Shown here: positions 26,658 through 42,772 of the stretch, piece after piece
Layout: each line of letters starts with the position of its first letter
How positions within the stretch are numbered: the first letter of the stretch is position 1
Made by a program: the position numbers and the translations under genes
Notes under the pieces: generated by a model
The model's database searches: none
What the model was told of the DNA's origin: nothing
The model's input: only the letters and a program-made list of their open reading frames with translations
Assembly (NCBI RefSeq): GCF_009914755.1
Contig: NC_060947.1
Reading direction: 5' to 3' (one strand)
DNA: 64,000 nt
Source of the DNA: the human T2T-CHM13v2.0 reference genome, Homo sapiens

Positions 26658-28539
26658 TAGCAGGTACATACACCTTGTTCTTAAATCCATGTCTGTCTGA
26701 CTCAGAGCCTGCACATTTAGCATTATACAAACATTATAGAAAGATTAATTCAGCCCATCCCTGATAGTTTAGTGGCTAGGAAAAAAAAATTCTAAAGGAG
26801 GAAAATTCATCTATCCTAGAACCTTCCTGTAGTGACAGAGGTCCCAGCCTTATTTCAGAGAGGCTAAGGTGAGGCTTAAGGAAATTTCCCAGCTGGGAAG
26901 CAGGTTGTTAACTAGCCAACCGATGTAATATCCTCTGTCCTGAAGGGGCTTTTGATTTCCTTCCTCTGCTGTTTCCTCATTTTCCCCATCTCTCTCAGAA
27001 AACACTTAACAAAAAGGGGCAGTATCCTGGAAAAGGCATTTTAGATTGAAAAATGAGCTCTGTCCATACTTTTGCAGTTCCTCTGCCTTCTTTTCCCCTA
27101 CCTCCCTTCCTTCAGACAAGTAATTCAAGGGTGCTAGGGATTGTCAGCCTATTCCTGCTCAGAGGCAGGAACATGGCCTAAGTGGTCTCTTGAGATTTCC
27201 TGCAGGCTTTCATGCTTCATGAAGTCGTAGCAGCAGGCCCCCTGACGGTGGAGCCAACATTAGTGCTTGGCTCAGCTCTGAGGATCAAAGCCATATTAAT
27301 CCTGGCAGCCAGCCTTCCCTGGATTGATTACCTTGTCATCTGCCCCAGACCAACCATCCCAGGTTTCCTTCCTAATGTTAAACTACAGTGTAGGGAGAGT
27401 TGCTTCTGGTAACAGAGTGATAACCTGTCCCATTGGGGTGCCTGCTGGAAGCAGCTGCCCAAACTGGCTGCCTCTTTAGCTCAAAAGTGGCCTTAAAGCT
27501 ATAAGCAGGGCCCTATTCAGTCTCAAGGGTAGGAAGAGGCTCATCATTTTGGTACTTGTTTCTTGTTTTGGCTTTACAAAGGCACTGATGCTTCCTGAAA
27601 GCTGAGCTTAGAAAATTGTTCGTCTGACTCCTGCTGCTTCTTCTCTGGTGGTGGGACAGATCAATGGAGCAGCCATGTTTCCAAGGAGGGTATAGAGATT
27701 TGCTAACCTAATAAGAAGCAGCTGGTGAGCTCTAGACATCATTGCCCAGTTCTAATTTCACACTCACTCCTTCTGACCCATGGGCTCAGGGTTCCTTTTC
27801 CTAACCTCACAGGGTTCTGGTAACCATAAGGCCTCCAACCCACCATTTAAAGGTTGCAAGGCCGAGATGCTAAAATGACAGAGAGCCAGACAGGGAAGTA
27901 GATACGGCATGGTGATGGAGGAGACCTGAGACCTTGTCCCTACCCTGCTATAAACCAAGTCTGTAGGCCTCATGTCTTCATCTGTAAACAACAGAAAGAT
28001 CATTGATCGGTCTTTGCTTAATACCTCTCCATGCCTAGTGATATGGGGCAGGGAGCCTGGGAAGGGGACTGTAAAAACCTCGAGGTAAATCTAGGCTGGG
28101 AGGCACTGCCCTAGAGTTCAGGAAGGCCAAGTCCATAATGTCATTGCCTAATTGAATACTAGAAAAGCACCCCTGGAGGCAGGTGAGTTTGGCTGAGAGG
28201 TAAGTTGGGATTTACTTAATGTCTAAAGAGAGAGAGAGGTCAAAGTAAATGGTTCAGTGGGCAGAGAGAGAAAAGCAGGTCTAGGGCAGAAGGGAGATCT
28301 CAGGGACTTTCCCATGGAGCCCCAGGGGAGAGACTCAGAAAGATGAGGGCAATAGAAGGGAAGATATGACAGAACAGTCTTATCAGAGGCTTATCAGGTA
28401 TCACAGTGCAGTAGAAGGAGCACAGGATTAGGACTCCAAAGATCGGGGTTTTTATCCTGGCTTAGTTAGCAATTGACTTGCTGTATGTCCTTGAGTAGTT
28501 TATGTCCTCTCTGAGCTTCAGTGTTCTCATCTGTGATAT

Positions 28540-28541
28540 TT

Positions 28542-28573
<32 letters not shown>

Positions 28574-28891
28574 TTTTTTTTTTTTTGAGGCAGGGTCTCG
28601 CTTTGTCACCCAGGCTGGAGTGCAGTGGTGCAATCTCAGCTCACTGCAGCCTCGATCTCCTGCTCAAGCGATCCTCCTACCTCAACACCCGCTCCCCCCC
28701 CAACCACAAGTAACTGGGACTACAGGCCCGTGCCACCACACCTGGCTAATTTTTATTTTATTTTATTTTTTTGTAGAGACGGGGTTTTGCCATGTTGCCC
28801 AGGCTGGTCTTGAACTCCTGAGCTCAAGCCATCTGCCTGTCTCAGCCTCCAAAAGTGTTAGGATTACAGGCATGAGCAACCGCGCCCAGCC
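28540..28891 (-). mobile_element. AluJ-like with (TTTA)n tail
   Basis: Antisense Alu; TSD ctcatctgtgat. Confidence 0.88.
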
Positions 28892-29009
28892 TCATCTGTG
28901 ATTTTTTTTATTTTTGTTTTTTCAAAGCTTTATTGAGGAATAATTTACAAATAGTAAACCGCATATATTTCAAGTGTATAATTTGACGCATTTTTACATA
29001 TGTAGATAT

Positions 29010-29450
29010 GCAGGAAACCAAGAATGTGGAGAAAAGGGAACACTTATACACTGTTGGTGGAAATGTAAATTAGTTCAGTCACTGTGGAAAGCAGTTTGCA
29101 GATTTCTCAAAGAATGTAAGACAGAACTACCATTCAATCCAGCAACCCTGCTACTGAGTATCTACTCAAAGGAAAATAAATCATTATACAAAAATGATAC
29201 CTGCACTCATATGTTTATTACAGCAATATTCACAATAGCAAAGTTTACAATATTCACAATAGCAAAGTCATGGAATCAACCTAGGTGTCCATCAGTAGAT
29301 GATTGGATAAAGGAAATGTGGCATATTTATACCACAGAATACTACTCAAGCATAAAAAAGAATGAAATCATGTCTTTTGCAGCAACATGGATAGAACTGG
29401 AGGCCATTATCTTCAGTGAAATAAGTTAGCACAGAAAGTCAAATACCAAA
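29010..29450 (+). mobile_element. L1 (PB/MA) ORF2 C-terminal fragment, sense
   Basis: ORF 28974-29429 (GEKGTLIHCWWKCKLVQSLWK...). Confidence 0.85.
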
Positions 29451-31750
<2,300 letters not shown>

Positions 31751-32406
31751 CAGCCCCTCTATGATTCATATGGGCCCTTTCATTTTTAACATCTTGCAGT
31801 TCTAATAAGACCCTGTCATCAATCTTTTTATGTTAGATATGTGTGTCTCTTCTCTGTCTCCTTATTTCTTGTCTGTCTTTGCCTTTGGCCTGTTTCCCAT
31901 ACTTTCCATTAGGTGAATGTCTGACAATCTGAGTCTGTAGGTGCTGGGCCAGCCTTCTCAGAGAAAGATGAGGAAACTGTTTCAAGTCATAGTTTCTCCC
32001 AACACTGGTGTGTTTTAGTAAAAAAAAAAAACAAAACAAAACACCTGTAATCTGCCTTAGCTACTAAAGTAGATAACTGACCATTGTCCAAAACCAGTGG
32101 GTTCAAATCAGTGGCCATAGGCCATTAAGTAGAGCCCAGTTACCCTTGAAGGACTGGGACAAGAGTTAAAATGTCTCATTTTCAGACTTGGCATGGGCAC
32201 TCTTAAGTGTAGGTCTCTCTGTTTGACTCTGTCTCAGTTTGACTCTCTGTAAAATTAGTAACTGAACCCCTAAATCTTCTAACTCCAAAACTGAAAGTAA
32301 ATAAACAATAGCTGCAGAGGGAAGCAGGCCAAATAACCTAATATGGAGGTAATAAGACAACTTATATTTTCAGTGAATATTTGACTTTAAAACCTTTGAA
32401 ACTTGG

Positions 32407-32720
32407 GCTGGGCATAGTGGCTCATACCTGTAATCTCAGAGCTTTGGGAGGCTAAGGAGGGAGGACGGCTTGACACCAGGAGTTTGAGACCAGCCTAGGC
32501 AACATAGCAAGATCCCATCGCTTCAAAAACTTAAAAAAAAAAAAAAAATAGCCGGGTGTGGTGGTGCATTGGTGCGTGCCTGTAGTACTAGCTACCCTCA
32601 GGAGACTGAGGTGGGATGATAGCTTAAGCATGGGAGCTTGAGGCTGCAGTGAGCCATGATTGTGCCACTGCACTCCAGCCTGGGTGACAGAGCAAGACCC
32701 TGTCTCTAAAAAGAAAACAA
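32407..32720 (+). mobile_element. AluJ-like
   Basis: Full Alu dimer. Confidence 0.88.
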
Positions 32721-32802
32721 AGTTTTGAAATTCAAATTAGGTAGCCCACGAAAATTGGCATGTCTTGAGACAAAATGTGGAGAGATAAAAATGAGATTCG
32801 TG

Positions 32803-33116
32803 GTTTTTTTTATTTTATTTATTTTATTTTTTTTTGAGACGGAGTCTCGCTCTGTCGCCCAGGCTGGAGTGCAGTGGCCCGATCTCGGCTCACTGAAAGC
32901 TCCGCCTCCCAGGTTCGCGCCATTCTCCTGCCTCAGCCTCCTGAGTAGCTGGGACTATAGGCACCCGCCACCGTGCCCGGCTAATTTTTTGTATTTTTAG
33001 AAGAGACGGGATTTCACCGTGTTAGCTATGATGGTCTCTATCTCCTGACTTCGTGATCCTCACGCCTCGGCCTCCCAAAGTGCTGGGATTACAGGCGTGA
33101 GCCACCGCACCCGGCC
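32803..33116 (-). mobile_element. AluY-like
   Basis: CpG-rich antisense Alu with 'aagctccgcctccc' and 'gttagc.a.gatggtct' diagnostics. Confidence 0.9.
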
Positions 33117-34117
33117 GCGATTTGTTTAGATATGGAATGCTTGGAAAGTAATGTTTCCTAGTATTGCTGTGCCACCCCCAGAAAAACACCATCACATTAT
33201 AATGAAGAAAAAAGTAAGATACTGAGAGGACCCAATGCCAGGACAAATATGAAAGTACTTTTGGACTTTTAAAATAAAGATTTGCTAGAAATATGAAGTA
33301 GAATTCTAGACACAATGGATGGATGGTGAGTAGCTACCAAAGTAAATGGGCTTAGAGTGTCTGAGTGCTGGAAGAAAGAGCTTTTCAACACAGTGTTTGT
33401 CAGAAAATGGAAAAAGGTTTGAAAGAAGCTTCTCTGAGCAAGAGTGTTTCATCTATTCACTGGACAGACAGTTATGTAGCACTTAACTCTGGGCCCTGCA
33501 CAAGGCCAGGGAAATAATTAATAAATGACGCTCAGCTGGAGGTCACTCTTCTGGTGAGCCGCAGAGATAAGGGCTCCTGTTATCTCAGTCCCCAAAGAAG
33601 AACAGAGTCTTGCATTTCTTCCCTCTGGAGCTCCCCAGCTGACCCCTGAAGTGCCTTCACCTACATCCTCCTTTTAAATATGTTTCACCAATTCTTTCAG
33701 TCATCTCACTAATGCGTGCCCACCACCTGGCTGGATGTGCCGGCATAAGTCATCACAGTCCTAAGCTGCCTGCTACCTACCACACACTGTCCCCATGCCA
33801 AACCAATACCATTCCAACTATCCCATTTATTCAAACTAGATGTAGACACATCACCATGTTCTGGGAACTCTGAAGAGGTGTGGTGATGGGGCAGAAGCAA
33901 GTGAATATTTCCGGCAACACAGAATCCAATTCATGGTGCCATTCTCTCCACTTAGCACTGGGTATAGCAGTTGGATAGCTTAGCCTTAGAACCTGTCCTC
34001 TTAATCCTATTTGCTATTCTCTCACTGTACTGTGCATCTTGTCAGGAAGTAGGGGCTCTTGAATAGAGCCATCTCTGCCCCTGTGTCAGCCACCTTATCT
34101 CTCTTCCTATCTACCCT

Positions 34118-34145
34118 TGACCTATCTTTGACCTTTATTTGACTT
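34118..34145 (-). promoter_or_regulatory. Compound DR5 (RARE-like) element
   Basis: TGACCT-atctt-TGACCT-ttatt-TGACTT. Confidence 0.5.
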
Positions 34146-35669
34146 TGCACCGTCATTCCCTCATTTGAGCTTTTGTTAGTTCCCCACAATAAAAGGAATT
34201 TATGAAAGCTTGTGATGTATTTGGAGAGTTTGGCTCTTGGAGTACCCCCTCTCTCTCTTTCAACTCAGAGAGGTTGGCTTTCAGCAGCCAAGGAGTGAGG
34301 AATCTGGTCTCACACTTGAATTATTTTCTGAGCAGTCTCCTGTACTTCAAAGACATTAGCCTGAGTGCCTGGGTAAGGAGCCAAGGCACTAATTGAGTAT
34401 TTGAGTAAAAAGACTTTGAGGATGAGGAAGCTTGAGGGCCAACAGATCCAGGATGGTGCTGGAAAAGCCAGAGTTCTGGTGTTGTGCTGCCCAGGTCCAA
34501 CAGAAATCTAGTTAGATATGGGTGCTTTGAGGAGGAAAGTAGGGGTGCCTGCTGAATACAGACATATGTTCACTTAGGTACAGGCCTTTTGGGGCCAAGT
34601 CTCACTCCATGATACCATAGGAGAGGGGTAGGCCTTGTTACCGCTGAGAGGGGAAGGTTAAGGTTGAAAATAACTCTGGGAACCACTGAGGAAAAGTGTG
34701 AATGGTATAATAATTATACCATTGAATTATATGAATTATAATAGTTCATCCTCAAAATCCAAGGATCTGTTGAACACAAAATTTATTAGTCAGGAATCAG
34801 ATACTTGCTCAGCACTTATGCACTGTGGATTGAAAATAATGCTTTCTCCCTGATGGAATGTTACAAGGTTCCACCTCTGATTTTTCCAAGTCTGTTTAGA
34901 AAGATAGGTCTGTACATTGCCTGTTAAAATCCACCCAACTCTCCCACGAATCTCAGCTGCTTCACTGAAATCTCTTTCTTTGTCTTCCCCATATAAGAGC
35001 AGGGGTAATTATGGGGAATGAAAGAAACTCCTAGCTTTGAGTCCAAGAATTGTTAGAATTCTAGAAAACCTCTACCTACTCTTTGCATTTTCCAAAATGG
35101 GAAACTGAATATAAGAAAGGTAAAGGATAACCAGTAACACCCAATAACACCTATCTATTATCAATAAGGTTATAATTGTCACCATAATTGTTATCATGAC
35201 TATTATTTCTTCTTTTTTAATACAGTCATTGCTTGATTATTTTTCTCTTACTAAAATTTTTTGATAACCTATCCCACTAACAGTCCCTTAAGTCACTTCT
35301 CTTATATAACGCTATTCTTCTTCAGTCACAATCTAGCTATTAGATTACCTTTCTCTCCCTTTATAGAAAATTTTCTCTCACTTGGAGTTTCTGACTTCTC
35401 TGAAAATCTTTAAATAGAAAATTTTATTCTGGCCTTGAACCATGAGGTTCATAAATTTTATTGCCCTACTTAAAAAAACAATGTGTTCCCTACTCCACTG
35501 TGAGATCCTTGAAGTCAAATACCATATGTCACTCATTTAACATCTTGAATGCCTATGGGATAGACATGTGTCTGGGCCAGAGAGAATGTTAAATAATTGT
35601 TGAATAAATTAATATAACATGTGAATTACTTCATTTTTAAAAATATACATTTAGTATTAAAAACTATAT

Positions 35670-38600
35670 TAAGGCACTTTTCTCTATACTTCCAATGCAG
35701 TACAGCTAAAAATGCTGGACATTATATCTAAAACAAATGTAGCAAGATTGAAAAGTGGAGAGAAGAAGGCACATGGGCTAGGAAAGTTGGGATCTAAGAA
35801 AAAACGTAACAGAAAACCTGAGTTTTCTTTTTGCTTCACATATCTTAGACCTGGAGCTGAAGAAGCCAGCAACCAAGAAATGCCAATGGAAGCAGACCAA
35901 AAAAAAAAAAAAGCTTGATTTGTCTAGCCAAAAGACGGGAAAAGGGGCAGCCTAGCAAAACAAAAAAGCTTTAAACAATAATCCCTCTACTCCAGCCTAA
36001 CACCATGGGAAAAAATGCACCCCACTTGACCTTTGCCAACAAAGGCCTACTGGGGAGCCAAGACTTCTACACTCACCCAGCTGTAACAAGGTGCTCCAAC
36101 CTCCCCGCCTCCCATGCTGAGGTGGTGTCAGAGAAAACAGTAGGAAGCCAGGAATTTCTTCCCCTCTCAGCAGTAACAAGGCCTACCCCTCCCCCATGGT
36201 GTCAGTAGAGACCACATAGGGAGCCTGGACTTTCACTCTTGCCCGGGTATAACCTCCAACCACCTCTCCTACTCCTGGCAAGGTGCCAAGGTGGTGTCAG
36301 TGAAAGCCAAGTAGGAAACTGGGACTTTCACCATCACTTACTGAGGTAAGACCACATGGGAAACAGTAACAAGGAACCCCTACTCCTCCCAACCAGGAAG
36401 ATATAAAAAGAAGCCTAGTAGGGATCTTGAATACCCACCCCTGCTCAGCAATAACAAGGTACCCTTCCTTCTTAGAGTGTCAATAGAAGCTAAGCAGGGA
36501 ACCTGGATTTCCACCCCCATTTGGTAGTAATGAAGTTGTCCCTCAATGGCACAGTATCAGAAGAGGCCTTCTAAAACACAAGATTTAAATAAGATCCAGA
36601 GTCTCATATCTAAAATTTCCAGAATACCATAGAAAATCACGAATCACACCAAGGACCAGGGAAATCTTGACTTCAACAAGAAAAGACTATCAACTGACAC
36701 TAACATGAAGATAACACAGAAATTGAATTATTTGGCAAGGATTTTAAAGCAGCCAACAAAAAATGCTTTAACAAATCATTGCAATCACACTTGGAACAAA
36801 TGAAAAAAATACTAAGTCTCAGTAGATAATTAGAAGATATAAAGATGAAATAAATGGAAAATTTTGGAGCTGAAAAATATATAACCAAAATAAAATAAGC
36901 CCACTGGATGGGCCCCACAGCAGATGAGAGAAGACAGAAGAAGGAATCAGTGAACTTGAAGGCAGAACAATAATAATTATCCAATCTGGACCACAGAGAG
37001 AAAATAGATTGAAAAAAATGGAAAGAGCCTCAGATGCCTGTGAGGTTATAACAAAATATTTAACATTTCTGTCATCAGAGGAGTCCCAGAAGAGGAAAAA
37101 GGCAGGGCTGAAGAGATACTTGAAGCAATAATTGCTGAAAACTTCCCAACTCTGGTAAAAACATAAGTCTGTAGATTTAAGAAACTGAGCAAATCCCAAA
37201 GAGAATAAACTCAAAGAACTCTATGCCAAGACACATCATAGTCAAACTTTCAAAAGCTAAACACACAGACATGCACGTGCATGCACACACACACACACAC
37301 ACACATCTTGAAAACAGTAAGAGAGAAATGACACGTTAACTCTAGGGGAAAAACAATTAAAATGACAGAAGATTTCTCATCAGAAACCATGGAGGGCAAA
37401 GTGCTGAAATAAAAGCTCTCTTAGCTCAGAATTGTATATCCAGTGAAAATATCCTTCAGGAATGAATGAGGAAATCAATACATTCTCAAACGAAGGAAAA
37501 CTAAGAGAATTTGTCCCCAACAGACCTACCCTAAAAGAATAGCTAAAGGAAATTATTTAACCAGAAAAGAAACAATAGAAGAAGGAATCTTGGAACATCA
37601 GAAAGAAAGAACAGTGGAAAAAGTAAAATTATACATAAATGTGACAGATATTATAATATAATTGATTTAGATTTCTTCTCCTTTTGTGTTTTTTTTTCTT
37701 TCTTTTTTTTGGAGAGAGGCTCTCACTGTGTCACCCAGGCTGGAGTGCAGTGGCACAATCATGGCTCACTGCAGCAGCCTCAACCTCCTGGGCTCAGGTG
37801 ATCCTCCCACCTCAGCCTCCTGAGTAGCTGGGACTATGGGTGTGCACCACCATGCCCAGCTGATTTTTTGTAGAGATGGAGTTTTGCCACATTACACATG
37901 CTGGTCTCAAACTCCTAGACTCAAGTGATCTGCCCACGTTGGCCTCCCAAAGTGCTGAGATTACAGGCATGAGCCATAGTGCCTGGTCCCTTTTGTGTTT
38001 TGTAAATTAGGTTTAACAGTTGAAGAAAAATTATAATAATGCCTAATGTGGTTATTAATAGATGTAGAGGAAATATTTAAGATAATTTTATTATAAATGA
38101 GGGAGGGTGAGGAGATATAAGGGAGGTTAGGTTTCTACACTCCTCTCCAACTAGTAACATGTCGACACCAATGATGTTGTATACATATGATGTGATACCA
38201 TTATATATATATAATGTGATTTCTTTGAGTACATTTTTCAGTGGCCACTAAAAAAGGTATACAAAGGAACACACTTTAAAGCACAATAAATAAAGTGGAA
38301 TTCTAAAAACTTTTAAAGTAACCCATAGGCAGGCAGGATAAAAGAATACAGAGAAACTAAAAACAGAAAACAAACAGGAAACAAAAATAAAATTGCCCTA
38401 ATGTATCAATGATTACATCAAATGTAAACGATCTAAATATATCAGTTCAAAGACAGAGATTGGCAGAGTGGATAGAAAAAAAAATCATGACCCAGCTATA
38501 TGCTGTCTATAAGAAACTCACTTCAAATATGTATTTCCAGGGAATTATGCTGGGTAAAAAAAAGTCAATTTCAAAAGGCCACATACTGTATGACTCCATT

Positions 38601-38920
38601 TATATAACTTTCTTCAAATTTGTGATTGCTAGGAGTTATGGGTCGTGGGGGAGTGGGCTGAGTGTGACTGTAACACAAAGGAGATCTTTGTGGTGATGGA
38701 ATAGTTCTGTATCTTGATCACAATGGTGGTTTCAGGAATCTACCCATGATAAAATGATACAGAACTATATGCACATATTGTGCCACTCCTAATTTTCTGG
38801 TTTTGATATCATGTTATAGTTACATAAGGGGAAACTTGGTGAAGAGTTCATGGGACCTCTCTGGACTATCTTGGCTATTTCCTGTGAATCTATAGTTATT
38901 TCACAATTAAAAATTTTTTT
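35670..38920 (+). mobile_element. Old L1M (L1MC/MD-type) 5' UTR, ORF1 and ORF2-start remnant, with an antisense AluJ at 37688-37987
   Basis: A-rich degenerate ORF1-like sequence ('ccaagacacatcatagtcaaact', 'gatttctcatcagaaaccatggag') and ORF2 N-terminal-like peptide (VQRQRLAEWIEKK). Confidence 0.7.
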
Positions 38921-39229
38921 TTAAATGAAATAGATTAATTTTTAAAAGCTATATCAAACATAATTTAAAGTTTCTTTGACTGTACAAAAAATTCCTTATA
39001 AGAATAATCATCAGTTTTCATTATATCATAGACATTCAGAAGGGTCAAATAATGGTCAGTTCTAGTTATAAAATGTCAGTAAGATGATTTGCTAAATTTA
39101 ATTATTTTTTTTCTCTTTGACAATACAACTGAGCTACTTTTTTACTCTGGCCAGAATAAAGATACATATATCATAAATGAGATCTTGAACTGGCACTTTC
39201 TGCTTTCCCGCCTTCTCCCCACCTTTAAA

Positions 39230-40770
<1,541 letters not shown>

Positions 40771-40775
40771 ATTGA

Positions 40776-41112
<337 letters not shown>

Positions 41113-41122
41113 CTGATCATCA

Positions 41123-41403
41123 GCGGATCACAAGGTCAGGAGATCGAGACCATCCTGGCTAACACAGTGAAACCCCGTCTCTACTAAAAACACACAAAAA
41201 AATTAGCCGGGCGTGGTGGCAGGCACCTGTAGTCCCAGCTACTCAGGAGGCTGAGGCAGGAGAATGGTGTGAACCCAGGAGGCGGAGCTTGCAGTGAGGC
41301 AAGATCGGGCCATTGCATTCCAGCCTGGGTGACAAAGCAAGACTGTGTCTCAAAAAAAAAAAAAAACAAAAAAAAAAACGAAAGAAAGAAAAAGAAAAAG
41401 AAA
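41123..41403 (+). mobile_element. AluY, 5'-truncated by about 50 nt
   Basis: Starts gcggatcacaaggtcaggagatcgagaccatcctggctaac; long A-rich tail. Confidence 0.92.
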
Positions 41404-42598
41404 TGTTTGAGGCAGGCACAAGCAGAAATTTTAATCTCCATTTCACAGATGAGAAAACTGAGGATTAGAGAAATGCTGTGTGACTTCTCAAGATCTCACA
41501 GCTGATAGGAGATGAAATGGCAAGGTAAGAGGTGAAATTGTGATAAAAAGTTAAGGTCTCCTGCTGTCCCAGGCTAGTACTTTTGAAGCCAGGCAGAGAG
41601 GGCTCAGGGTAAGGCTCCAACAAAGTAAAGATTCCCAATGGGGAGCTGAGCAACCTATTTGGCACTGAGGTAAGAGACACAGCCAGTTGACTAGCCCCAG
41701 ACTGAGCTCCTTTGGCCCATTGGGGCTCCACAATTGGAGAGAGCCAGAAGTTGGCCCAGTGCCTAGCTCATGTGTCACTCTTTGATGATGATGATGAAGA
41801 GCTGGAAGTGTTCAAAGGAGAGTTCTGAAATTAATTTCAGAGTTAGAAATTAAAGCTAAGAGGAAAAGTTAAGGAAACGAAGATTATTTGGCGGAGAAAA
41901 GAGAGGCTCAAGATGAAACTTGATAACAGCCTTCAGACGAAATAAAAAAAAAAGCTTGAACTTTCCTTCTGAGGGCTGAGCAAAGGGAAACAGTCTGGAA
42001 GAATCTAAATAAAAGGGCAAGTTCCTTCCTCCTTAGTGAGGATTGTTATAGACACTTAAGAGCCTTTAGAAACAGGATAATATCTGCTTGAGTTTGAAGT
42101 CAGGAATTTGCCAAACATGGGCTCTGATGACGGATTTCAGCATGAGGGTTACATGACTCTTGCACAGTGTCCTTAGAAATCTTTAGGTGGCCTATGAACT
42201 TGCCTTGTATCCTAGTACAATTCCAGGGGGCTTTTGTCTGTGGCCTTCTCTACTCCTTAGTCTTATCGTCTTCACAGGGTTCTTCTAATGCTGGAGACAA
42301 GCCTGACCTTAGCTCCTGAAAGCTTAACCCCAATGTTTTTTGCCCCTGAAGCCAGTGGCTTAGAACCTAAGGCTATAGATCTGGCTTAGCATCCCTGGAA
42401 AGGCCTGAAATATTGACTAGTCCAAATCTTACCGCAGTGATAGAATCCCCTGTTTTATATCTAGTCTCTTCTTGCAAAACTCTCTGAACATCAGGGACTA
42501 GCAAGCTGGCAATGCAGACCAATGCAATGCCCCCTGTGAAAGGCCAGAGAAGAAGAGCTGAGATACCAGCAGTACCACCAGGCACTACACTAAGCTAA

Positions 42599-42772
<174 letters not shown>

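Noticed and set aside
41824-41841. 18-bp perfect palindrome TCTGAAATTAATTTCAGA
   Set aside because: AT-rich and isolated; near chance expectation for 64 kb
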